Shown: piece after piece, positions 37,819-46,737 of the stretch | Layout: each line of letters opens with the position of its first letter | Numbering within the stretch: position 1 is the stretch's first letter | Assembly (NCBI GenBank): GCA_001000675.1 | Contig: LCHW01000001.1 | Coordinates: forward strand, 218,294-282,293 | Source: Candidatus Wolfebacteria bacterium GW2011_GWE2_44_13 | GTDB taxonomy: Bacteria; Patescibacteriota; Minisyncoccia; UBA6257; UBA9933 | Reading direction: 5' to 3' | DNA: 64,000 nucleotides | Notes under the pieces: model-generated | What the model was told of the DNA's origin: nothing | Database searches by the model: none | The model's input: only the letters and a program-made list of their open reading frames with translations | Position numbers and translations under genes: made by a program

Positions 37819-38268
37819 ATGAAATCACAGCTTTCTCAAAAAGGCAGCGCCTTGAGCCTGTCGAAAGGTTTTACACTCGTCGAAATGTTGATCGTTATTG
37901 CGATCATCGCAATTCTCGCATCTGTTTCTTTGGTCAGCGTTAGTGGCGTGCGTCAGTCTGCTCGCGATACAAAGCGTGTGTCCGATATCAACAAGATTCA
38001 GCAACAGCTTGAAGTATACTATTCACGAACTGGGAAGTATCCAACTGCTATCACTGATATTGAGGATTTTATTAATACAAAAGATCCGATTGGGGAATTA
38101 TATGAATATAGTGTTTATAATGGCGATCAGAGCTATGTCGTCGGTATTATGTTGGAAGGGGGAAGCTCGGCAACTGAAGAATCGAACGAAATAGACACTC
38201 TTCCTTCTGGAGCTGCACTTAGTAGTGTAGATTGTAACAATACCCTTGGTTTCTGCGTTGGTAACTAA
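37819..38268 (+). CDS. type IV pilin
   Basis: KG/FTLVEMLIVIAIIAILA, ARD.KR..D. Confidence 0.9.
   Translation: MKSQLSQKGSALSLSKGFTLVEMLIVIAIIAILASVSLVSVSGVRQSARDTKRVSDINKIQQQLEVYYSRTGKYPTAITDIEDFINTKDPIGELYEYSVYNGDQSYVVGIMLEGGSSATEESNEIDTLPSGAALSSVDCNNTLGFCVGN
37845..37868 (+). repeat. 24-bp TGAGCxTGTCGAA-type repeat inserted in frame in pilin leader
   Basis: cagcgccttgagcctgtcgaaagg flanked by repeated aaagg; related motifs at ~5246-5267 and 53555-53571. Confidence 0.6.
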
Positions 38269-38285
38269 TATTTATTTTATATACC

Positions 38286-39188
38286 GTGGATTACTTCCTG
38301 TATCTTTGTTTAGCCGTTTTCGGCCTAATCTTTGGAAGCTTTCTCAACGTTGTAACTATTCGATATAACCCCGACAAGGGGTTTTCGAATATTTATTCCT
38401 TGGGCGGGCGCTCCCATTGCCCTCATTGTCACAAGCAACTTACGTGGTACGAGCTTGTGCCTGTTTTTAGTTTTCTCTTTTTACTTGGCAAGTGTCGCCA
38501 TTGTGGGCATCGTATATCGTTTCAATATCCTGTTGTTGAATTATTGACATCGGCAATTTTTGTTACTGTTCCTTTATACGTTGCACATTTTTCGCGTATG
38601 TTTTTCTGGAGCGCTGATCTTTCGTACGGCTCATGGTTATTTTCCGCGCTCGCTGCCCTGTGGACGGCTGTGTTTGTACTATTTCTTATTCTCGCAGTCA
38701 TTGATTTGAAGCACATGATTATTCCTGATTCGATTAATATTGCGTTGGCATTTATTGGAGTCGCTATTGCCGGAGTAACACAATGGCTACATGGATTCGA
38801 TGCTATTCACGGATCATTTTTGCGTCATTACGCAATGATTTTCGGGTTGCGTGAATCTATTTGGACGAACCATCTATTCGCTGCATGTATTGGACTCCTA
38901 TTTTTTGGAAGTATTATCGTGTTGAGTAAAGGGCGTGCTATGGGGTGGGGCGATTTTAAATTAGCGGGTGCACTGGGCCTTATCTTTGGGTGGCCAGATA
39001 TCGTGCTTGTCCTAATGTTCTCGTTTATTATTGGCTCGATTATTTCTATTGGTCTTATGTTGCGTGGTCGCAAGACCATGAAAGATGCGGTTCCGTTTGG
39101 GCCGTTTTTGGTGTTAGGGGCAATAACTGTTTTTTTCTTTGGATTTCAATTGATGTCCCTATATTTTGACCTGTTCGGTGTGGTATAA
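38286..39188 (+). CDS. pilD: prepilin peptidase
   Basis: GSFLNVV..R, CPHC/CRHC, IDL, MGWGDFKL, PFGPFL. Confidence 0.95.
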   Translation: MDYFLYLCLAVFGLIFGSFLNVVTIRYNPDKGFSNIYSLGGRSHCPHCHKQLTWYELVPVFSFLFLLGKCRHCGHRISFQYPVVELLTSAIFVTVPLYVAHFSRMFFWSADLSYGSWLFSALAALWTAVFVLFLILAVIDLKHMIIPDSINIALAFIGVAIAGVTQWLHGFDAIHGSFLRHYAMIFGLRESIWTNHLFAACIGLLFFGSIIVLSKGRAMGWGDFKLAGALGLIFGWPDIVLVLMFSFIIGSIISIGLMLRGRKTMKDAVPFGPFLVLGAITVFFFGFQLMSLYFDLFGVV

Positions 39189-39195
39189 TGGATGC

Positions 39196-39780
39196 ATGGT
39201 ATTATTCGTCAAGCAATATATTCGAAAGAGAAAATCTCACAGCGATGGGGGGTTTACGCTTATCGAGATGACGATTGTAATTGGCCTTGTTGTGACACTA
39301 TCTATAGCCGCTACTGTTTTTAATAAATCAATTGCGCAACAAATTCTTGTTTCGCGAGAGCATGCAAAGGTAGTCGCTTTTTTTGTTCGAGCACGTTCTG
39401 CCGGACTTACAATTCCTAAAACTGATACTACCATTGAGCTTGTTTGTGCGTATGGTGTGCATATTGATGCCGCAACGCGCGCGATAACATTATTTAAAGA
39501 TTTAGGTACGCTTGGCGGAGCATGTGATTCAGCGGATCATCTATATACGATGGATGCCGAAAAAATAGACCAGACTATTTTAGACCCATTGGTATCTGTA
39601 ACGGCTAGCAATATTACAAATATCGTATTTATCCCTCCTTTTGGTGACGTTATTATTTCTGACGGAGGATTAGAGTATAGTTCGGCTACGGTTACGGTTT
39701 CGGGTGTTGTAACAAATCTTTCTCGTGGCGTGAAAGTAAATACGTTTGGGCAAATTACTGAATTTACACCGATACCATGA
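39196..39780 (+). CDS. minor pilin (FimT/FimU-like)
   Basis: GG/FTLIEM N-methylation motif. Confidence 0.8.
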   Translation: MVLFVKQYIRKRKSHSDGGFTLIEMTIVIGLVVTLSIAATVFNKSIAQQILVSREHAKVVAFFVRARSAGLTIPKTDTTIELVCAYGVHIDAATRAITLFKDLGTLGGACDSADHLYTMDAEKIDQTILDPLVSVTASNITNIVFIPPFGDVIISDGGLEYSSATVTVSGVVTNLSRGVKVNTFGQITEFTPIP

Positions 39781-40283
39781 AGCAACGACATATTAAAAAA
39801 ACAAGCGGATTTTTGCTTATCGAAGCCATGGTTGCTATGAGTGTGCTACTCACGAGCGTAATGGGTGTTTTTATATTAATGTCACAATCAATTAAACTGA
39901 CGCGCACCTTGAACGATCAATATGTCGCAACGTATCTTGCGGGAGAAGGAATTGAGATTGCAAAGAATATTCTTGATGCAAGCGTTGTTGCTGACCCTGC
40001 GGCATGGAATGTTAACAATAACTTTCATCAGAATGGATGTTATGCGCTTGATTATGCTAGTAATGTGCTTGCCGATTCGTGCTCGGATATGCCACTGAGC
40101 TTTAATGGAACGAACTACGGATACTCGGTTGGGGGAGAAACGAGTTCGTTTGTGCGAAAAGTTAACCTTGCCTTAGTTATGGACGGCTCTACGCAAATAG
40201 GTGTTCGGGTAACGTCTACTGTTACGTGGGCAGGAGGAACGCGAACATTTGCACTGGAAGATGTATTTTATGCATGGCTCTAA
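39777..40283 (+). CDS. minor pilin (PilV-like)
   Basis: SG/FLLIEAMVA, A.YLA.EGIE. Confidence 0.8.
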   Translation: MKQRHIKKTSGFLLIEAMVAMSVLLTSVMGVFILMSQSIKLTRTLNDQYVATYLAGEGIEIAKNILDASVVADPAAWNVNNNFHQNGCYALDYASNVLADSCSDMPLSFNGTNYGYSVGGETSSFVRKVNLALVMDGSTQIGVRVTSTVTWAGGTRTFALEDVFYAWL

Positions 40284-40288
40284 TTGAT

Positions 40289-40954
40289 ATGAACAGCAAT
40301 AAAAACAAACAATTACATACCGTGCGTAGGGAGGGCTTTACGCTCGTAGAGATGATTGTTGCCTTTGGCATCTTTACTATTTTTATCACGGTCGCCGCAG
40401 GAAGTTTTGTGCGGTCGGTGCGCATTCAGCGTGTATCGTTGCAGCTTATGGCTATTAACGACAACATGGCAATTACGATGGAACAAATGATGCGTGAGAT
40501 GCGTGTCGGGTATAATTTTTGTACGGCAGAGTCTATCCCTAATACGCTAAGCGCAACTGTGCAATCGCAATGTGCTTTCATGATCCCCGGGCAGGAAATT
40601 CAATTTTTTAAAAAGGGCGATGTTCCTGTTCGGTATCGAAGAACTGCATCAGGGAGTATTCAAAAAGGTGTTGGAGTAGCGGAGGACGAGCCAATTGATG
40701 TATGTGCGGAAGGAGAGTCTGTCGACGGAATTTGTTACCGAACGATTACCGCAGAAAATACCGATGTTATGGGGGCTAATTTTCAAGTATTGCATAATGA
40801 TGTTGAGATTGGATTGCTGTATCCGCCCCGTATTGTATTAAGCTTTTCAATTACAAGTACTGACCCATTAGTAAAAACAATGACTTCCCCAATCACTATC
40901 CAAACGACAATTAGTGCGCGTTGCGGAAAGCAATCGTGTCCTGCGGATAACTAA
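40289..40954 (+). CDS. minor pilin (PilW-like)
   Basis: EG/FTLVEMIVA, M.REMR. Confidence 0.8.
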   Translation: MNSNKNKQLHTVRREGFTLVEMIVAFGIFTIFITVAAGSFVRSVRIQRVSLQLMAINDNMAITMEQMMREMRVGYNFCTAESIPNTLSATVQSQCAFMIPGQEIQFFKKGDVPVRYRRTASGSIQKGVGVAEDEPIDVCAEGESVDGICYRTITAENTDVMGANFQVLHNDVEIGLLYPPRIVLSFSITSTDPLVKTMTSPITIQTTISARCGKQSCPADN

Positions 40955-40979
40955 ATGACAGATATAGTAATGCGTAACC

Positions 40980-41384
40980 ATGAAATTATCCCACTCAAAA
41001 TTTAAGAATCAGCGAGGACAGGCTATGATTTTGACCGTGCTCGTACTTTCGAGTATTGTGCTTTCTCTCTCTGCTATTGGCGGCTATTTAATGATGGTTC
41101 GATTACGAGTAAGTACTGATATCGGCAACACGATGCGCGCAATTTATATTGCAGATGCGGGGCTTGGATGCGAAGCATACAATCATTTTAAAAATGCGGA
41201 TGCTCCCGGGTTTTGCGCTCCTGGCACTGAACGAAATACATTTACGTTTGACGGAACGGTTGCGGATGCACCAAGCTTTTATCACGAAACAGAAACAATT
41301 TCTGCTGGTGTAGATTCCCGTATCAACGCAAAAGGGTATGCACGAACAGCAAGTCGCTCGTTACATCTCGAGTTCGGGTTTTAA
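40980..41384 (+). CDS. minor pilin (PilX-like)
   Basis: QRG/QAMILT lacking Glu5, A.YIADAG. Confidence 0.7.
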   Translation: MKLSHSKFKNQRGQAMILTVLVLSSIVLSLSAIGGYLMMVRLRVSTDIGNTMRAIYIADAGLGCEAYNHFKNADAPGFCAPGTERNTFTFDGTVADAPSFYHETETISAGVDSRINAKGYARTASRSLHLEFGF

Positions 41385-41446
41385 CGAGAACTATACATAG
41401 AGTAGGTTTATTGAACCCGCCCAGACTGTCTCGCTAGGCGGGATTT

Positions 41447-41575
41447 ATCCCCACACCAATCATCGATTGCGAAGCAGTATTAAAGACGTCTTATGAAAGG
41501 CAGTTTTTATTATTATACGGTGCTGGGGTGTGTAATAATAACTTCGAAATGATTATCGATAATTGGTGTGGGGAT
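41447..41575. mobile_element. 129-bp MITE-like element
   Basis: 21-bp terminal inverted repeats atccccacaccaat(c/t)atcgat, one mismatch. Confidence 0.65.
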
Positions 41576-41637
41576 TTATTTTGGGGGTAAAATGGGATAT
41601 AGTTATATACATCATATAACCAGCTAGCGACATTATT

Positions 41638-44463
41638 ATGCAATTCAAAAACGTTGAAAAAAAGTGGAGAGCCGTTTGGGAGAAAGAGGGAATATACACC
41701 GTTAAAGATTCTGTCCCTGGCAAGAAGAATTTTTATAGTATGGTCATGTTTCCGTATCCATCTGGCAACCTGCATATTGGCCATTGGTATAACTTTGGTC
41801 CTGCGGATGTTTTTGCGCGTTTTAAGCGCATGACAGGGTTTAACGTCTTCTCCCCAATCGGATTTGATGCGTTTGGATTGCCTGCAGAAAATGCGGCTAT
41901 TAAAAATGGCATACATCCAAAAACGTGGACGTATAAAAATATTAAAACAATGACTGCTCAACTAGAGCAGATGGGCACGATGTATGATTGGGAGCGACGT
42001 GTTGTTACCGCTGACCCCGAATATTATAAATGGACGCAATGGATGTTTTTGCAGTTGTTTCATGCAGGACTTGCGTATCGCACAAAAGCGAAAGCAAATT
42101 GGTGTCCGAAAGATCATACTGTATTGGCAAATGAACAAGTTATTGATGGAAAGTGTGACCGATGTGGTACGGAAGTTGTACAGCGAAATATTGATCAGTG
42201 GCTTTTTAAAATTACTGACTACGCAGAGCGATTGCTGCAAGATCTTGAAGGGCTGGATTGGCCTGAAAAAACAAAGACCATGCAACGCAATTGGATTGGA
42301 AAATCCGAAGGCGTTACTATTAATTTCCCCCTCGTAACAAGCGAGGCAGTTGCGGTTGTCGATACTATGAAATTTAACCCATCGCTTGTGTCTTTGGTAC
42401 TTTCGGGAGAAAAATATATTAGCTATCGCTTAGAACCTAAACATATAAAGGTAGGGGATGTTTGCGGTTTAGTGCACGCGGGGACAAAAAAGCAGTTTGC
42501 ACTTGCCCGCATTACGGGAGTGGAAAAGCGCACCATGGGTGAGCTATCCGAACAAGAAGTTGGACACGAAAAATTTGCAAATCGCAAAGCGATGTACACA
42601 ACATATGCGAAGTACTACGGGAAGCCGGTTACAAATACTACGGATGTCTGGGTGTATACGTTCGAATGCATGCCTGAATCTGTTGCGGTGTTTACTACTC
42701 GAGTGGATACTATTTATGGATGTACGTATGTTGTTGTTGCGCCGGAACATGCATTAATTGAATCGTTTAAACAGCAAATCGAAAATTATAAAGCGGTTGC
42801 GACGTATGTAACTAAGTCGCGTAAAAAATTGGAGCGTGAGCGAATTATTGAAGAAAAAGAAAAGACAGGCGTTCGACTGCAGGGCGTTTCTGCAATCAAC
42901 CCATTTACGGGAGAAAGCGTTCCTGTGTTTGTTGCCGATTATGTGTTAGGGGGATATGGAACGGGTGCGGTCATGGCCGTTCCTGCACACGATGAACGTG
43001 ATTTTATATTTGCAAAACAATTTTCATTACCAATCAAAACGTCGATTGTTAATGCAAAAAAAGATGTGTCTGCTGGTTGCATGATGGACGATGGAACGCT
43101 CGTTGATTCGGAAGCATTTACGGGTATGGATTCAGCTACTGCGCGTACTCAGATGACGGCATGGCTCGAACAACAGAAGATGGGTGCGGGGAAAGTTAAT
43201 TATAAGCTACGTGATTGGCTTATTTCTCGTCAGCGCTATTGGGGATCGCCTATCCCGCTTGTATTTTGTGAACATTGCAAACAACGTATTGCAAGCGGTG
43301 ATTATAAGAAAGGGGAATTTACACAAGGAGAGCTATCCAACCCAGGATGGGTTGGCGTTGCGTCGGAAGCACTTCCCGTGCTTTTGCCATTAGTGAAGGA
43401 ATATTTACCGACTGAAGATGGTAAGTCGCCGTTGGCACATTCTAAGTCGTTTATGCGCGCTACGTGCTCAAAATGTGGCGGTAAAGGTATGCGAGAAACA
43501 GATACTATGGATACATTCGTGTGCTCTTCGTGGTACTATTTGCGCTATCCCGATCCGCAGAATGCAAAACAATTTGCGGATAAGAAAAAGCTCGCAGCGT
43601 GGCTGCCTGCCGATATGTATGTTGGTGGAGCGGAACATTCCGTTTTGCACCTTCTCTACGCACGCTTTTTTACGAAGGCACTGTATGATTTGAAGCATGT
43701 GCCATTTAAAGAACCGTTTGCTGCGTTGCGACACCAAGGGATGATTCTTGGACCTGATGGGCAGAAGATGTCGAAATCAAAAGGTAATGTGATTGATCCG
43801 GATGAGCTTGTTGGTACATTTGGTGCTGACGCAGTGCGTATGTACCTTTGTTTTATGGGTCCGTATGATCAAGGGGGAGCGTGGCAGCCAGGGGGAATGG
43901 TTGGTATTGCTCGATTTTTGCAACGCGTAGAGTCTCTGTACACTACGAATGCAAAAGATAGCGTGTGCAAAAAACCAAGCACCGCAGTCAATCCTTTGAA
44001 GAAGGTAATGCATCAGACGATAAAGAAAGTTACCGAAGATATTGCTGATTTTCATTTTAATACCGCAATAAGTTCGTTGATGATTTTACTCAATACGATG
44101 GATGAATATCGAGAACATCTTGATGGTGAGGTGCTCGAACAGTTCCTCTTATTGTTAGCGCCATTTGCACCTTATATTGCAGAGGAGTTATATCGAGAAG
44201 CGTTGGGACAAAAGAAATCGATTCACTTGGCATTGTATCCGAAATACAATCCTCATTTTACTGTGGAAAATGAATTCGATCTTGTTGTCCAAATTAATGG
44301 CAAGGTTCGTGATACTATTCGAGTGCCGAAAGGTATTACGCAAGAGCGAGCACGTGAGCTTGCGCTTACTTCGAAAAAAGTATTTGCCGTTGCTCCAGGT
44401 ATGCAGGTGCGAAAGGTTATCTTTGTGCCTGATCGATTGATTAATCTTGTTGTTGAATTATGA
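41638..44463 (+). CDS. leuS: leucyl-tRNA synthetase with inserted ASCH-like domain
   Basis: MFPYPSG.LHIGH, GTGAVMAVPAHD, KMSKS, VQINGK.R. Confidence 0.97.
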   Translation: MQFKNVEKKWRAVWEKEGIYTVKDSVPGKKNFYSMVMFPYPSGNLHIGHWYNFGPADVFARFKRMTGFNVFSPIGFDAFGLPAENAAIKNGIHPKTWTYKNIKTMTAQLEQMGTMYDWERRVVTADPEYYKWTQWMFLQLFHAGLAYRTKAKANWCPKDHTVLANEQVIDGKCDRCGTEVVQRNIDQWLFKITDYAERLLQDLEGLDWPEKTKTMQRNWIGKSEGVTINFPLVTSEAVAVVDTMKFNPSLVSLVLSGEKYISYRLEPKHIKVGDVCGLVHAGTKKQFALARITGVEKRTMGELSEQEVGHEKFANRKAMYTTYAKYYGKPVTNTTDVWVYTFECMPESVAVFTTRVDTIYGCTYVVVAPEHALIESFKQQIENYKAVATYVTKSRKKLERERIIEEKEKTGVRLQGVSAINPFTGESVPVFVADYVLGGYGTGAVMAVPAHDERDFIFAKQFSLPIKTSIVNAKKDVSAGCMMDDGTLVDSEAFTGMDSATARTQMTAWLEQQKMGAGKVNYKLRDWLISRQRYWGSPIPLVFCEHCKQRIASGDYKKGEFTQGELSNPGWVGVASEALPVLLPLVKEYLPTEDGKSPLAHSKSFMRATCSKCGGKGMRETDTMDTFVCSSWYYLRYPDPQNAKQFADKKKLAAWLPADMYVGGAEHSVLHLLYARFFTKALYDLKHVPFKEPFAALRHQGMILGPDGQKMSKSKGNVIDPDELVGTFGADAVRMYLCFMGPYDQGGAWQPGGMVGIARFLQRVESLYTTNAKDSVCKKPSTAVNPLKKVMHQTIKKVTEDIADFHFNTAISSLMILLNTMDEYREHLDGEVLEQFLLLLAPFAPYIAEELYREALGQKKSIHLALYPKYNPHFTVENEFDLVVQINGKVRDTIRVPKGITQERARELALTSKKVFAVAPGMQVRKVIFVPDRLINLVVEL

Positions 44464-44612
44464 CAAAATATATCGGCGTAATTATCGCATGGATCATTAT
44501 CCTTGGTATTGCACTCTATATTGTGCGTCACTACGCAGATTTTCTTGGCGGGTTTTCTACTGCGCAGGATGCAATAAACGCAGGAGGGATATTTGATAAA
44601 TACTTCAAGTAA
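44460..44612 (+). CDS. 50-aa single-TM small protein (below ORF-track cutoff)
   Basis: MTKYIGVIIAWIIILGIALYIVRHYADFLGGFSTAQDAINAGGIFDKYFK; ATGA overlap with leuS stop, followed by terminator. Confidence 0.6.
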   Translation: MTKYIGVIIAWIIILGIALYIVRHYADFLGGFSTAQDAINAGGIFDKYFK

Positions 44613-44656
44613 GCAATAAAAAAGCGACCGTGGGGCCGCTTTTTTATTGCTTACTT
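44607..44656. terminator. bidirectional terminator with 20-bp arms covering both stop codons
   Basis: aagtaagcaataaaaaagcg...cgcttttttattgcttactt. Confidence 0.8.
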
Positions 44657-45700
44657 TTTTTCCGCTAATTTTGGCGATAACGTGTATAATTTTTTCTTAC
44701 GCATGACCGTGAGATTTATTGTGTCTCCGACTGTATAGTTTTCTAACAGTTCTCCAAGCGTTTTCTTTTGAGTTATTTGTTCTGCATTGCATTCGAGAAT
44801 CAAATCATGATCTTTGAGGCCGGCAATTGCTGCAGGACTTTTATCGATAATGCTTTTCATGTACGCATTGGGGCTAATAACAAGCGCACCATAATCGACA
44901 GGAAGCTTTAGCTTTTCTTGGATCTTTTCGTTGATAGTAATGTAATGCACACCAAGAAATGGTTGTCGAATTCTTCCGTACAACTGTAGGTCGGCAAGAT
45001 CCTTTATAAGCGTATTAATGGGAAGTGCAAACCCGATATTTTGTGCGCCTTGAATAATAGCAACGTTAATACCGATTACTTTTCCTGCGCTATTGATTAA
45101 TGGTCCGCCGGAATTTCCAGGGTTGATTGCTGCATCAGTTTGAATAAGCCCGTGAATTTCTTGTACAGGAGAGTGTAGGTCTATTTGTGCCGTAATTGCA
45201 CGCGAAAGGCCAGAGATAATTCCCTTGGAAACGGTGTTTTGAAACATACCTAAAGCATTTCCTACGGTGATAACTGGTTCACCCAGTTCAAGATGCGCTG
45301 AATCGCCTAATGTAAGGAACGGAAAGGCTCCTGGACCCTTTATTTTTAAAATAGCAATGTCACTCAAGGGGTCACGCGCTAGTATGGTTGCGGGATATAT
45401 TGTCCCATCGTTTGTTATAACGGTATAGAAGTTCTTTGTTTCGCTAACGATATGTCGGTTACTTACGACAATGCCTGATGGATCAACAATAAAGCCAGAG
45501 CCATTACCAACTTTAAGCAAGCCATTTTTATCGGTCTGTTGCTTCAAAAAGCCAAGTTCGCGGCGCTTGAGCCATAGGGGGATTTTGGGAAACTGTTCAG
45601 CCTCTTTTTCGATTTCCCCGAATTTTTTCGATACAACGATTGTTACTGTTGCTGGTATGACTTTTTTGACCACCGATACGAAATTGTCTGTGTGTTCCAT
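44651..45700 (-). CDS. HtrA/DegP-family serine protease with one PDZ domain
   Basis: GSGFI, NRHIV, D.AILK, IQTDAAINPGNSGGPL, PDZ. Confidence 0.95.
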   Translation of the reverse strand: MEHTDNFVSVVKKVIPATVTIVVSKKFGEIEKEAEQFPKIPLWLKRRELGFLKQQTDKNGLLKVGNGSGFIVDPSGIVVSNRHIVSETKNFYTVITNDGTIYPATILARDPLSDIAILKIKGPGAFPFLTLGDSAHLELGEPVITVGNALGMFQNTVSKGIISGLSRAITAQIDLHSPVQEIHGLIQTDAAINPGNSGGPLINSAGKVIGINVAIIQGAQNIGFALPINTLIKDLADLQLYGRIRQPFLGVHYITINEKIQEKLKLPVDYGALVISPNAYMKSIIDKSPAAIAGLKDHDLILECNAEQITQKKTLGELLENYTVGDTINLTVMRKKKLYTLSPKLAEKK

Positions 45701-45794
45701 ATGCATATATTGTAGCATGAAGTGAGTTTACTCGGAACAGAGAATATATATTTTAATATTGGCATAACCTTTCTAACAAGGTATACTTCACCAT

Positions 45795-46670
45795 ATGAAT
45801 ATTCGGCGGCCGACCGATTTGCAAAAAAAGCGCGACAAGCGCGATACGAGAAAAAAATACATCGCTGCTGGTATCGGTGTTGCTTTTTTACTGGTGACTA
45901 TCGGCTTAGTGGTTACTGTGAAACAATCATCACTATTTCGCGTACAAGAAATAACAATTTCAGGTGTTCCTTCGGCATATGGAGCACAAGTGCGGAGCGC
46001 TCTCGAAGCCTTTGCTTACGAACATTCATTTTTGGCGAAATTTTTGGGCGTTGAAAATATACTTGCATGGGATGGTAATCCAAAAGAATTTCTTGCCGCA
46101 AATCCTCAATTTAGACTATTGCATGTTCAGAAAGATTATATCCATCGAGCAATTGCAATTACGGTTGATGGTCGCGAAAAATTTGGTGTTTGGTGCGGGG
46201 CCGCTGATGACAACGAGAATATTGTTCCCGCAGAAGGTATTGCAACCACAACCAACGAAGTTACTATTCAGGATGAGCCTTTACATGAATGCTATTGGTT
46301 TGATCGCGATGGGGTGTTGTTTGCTAAGGCGCCTCAAGTGCAAAGCGAGCTGTTTAATCGTGTGTATGATTCTACGGGGCGCGTACTTACATTGCGGGAC
46401 GCAATTCTCCCTGATAAGCTACTTGCTAATTTAATGCGCGTGTTTACCTTGCTCGATGTTGCTCAAATAAATACAAAAACTGTTTTTATTCGCGATATTG
46501 CGCTAGAAGAAGTCGATACGAGCTCACTTTCCGACCCGCGCATTATGTTTAGCTTGCGCTCTGACCCAACATTTTCGTTAAGCGCTATCAATGCGTTAAA
46601 ACAATCAGGAGATTGGGATCGTCTTGAATATGTCGATTTTAGGGCAGAAAACAGGGCTTCTTATCGGTAA
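45795..46670 (+). CDS. FtsQ/DivIB-like cell division protein
   Basis: basic N-tail, TM, F.V..I.ISG POTRA start, LEYVDFR C-terminus. Confidence 0.6.
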   Translation: MNIRRPTDLQKKRDKRDTRKKYIAAGIGVAFLLVTIGLVVTVKQSSLFRVQEITISGVPSAYGAQVRSALEAFAYEHSFLAKFLGVENILAWDGNPKEFLAANPQFRLLHVQKDYIHRAIAITVDGREKFGVWCGAADDNENIVPAEGIATTTNEVTIQDEPLHECYWFDRDGVLFAKAPQVQSELFNRVYDSTGRVLTLRDAILPDKLLANLMRVFTLLDVAQINTKTVFIRDIALEEVDTSSLSDPRIMFSLRSDPTFSLSAINALKQSGDWDRLEYVDFRAENRASYR

Positions 46671-46737
46671 TGCGCTTAATTACCGACGCGTTTCTTAAAG
46701 TGGTTTAAGTGTGTTACTATAGAGTAATTATAGTCCT

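Noticed and set aside
37819-41384. Diversity-generating retroelement or pilin-variation cassettes
   Set aside because: No reverse transcriptase and no TR/VR-like near-duplicate pairs were seen. The pilins are single, distinct genes.
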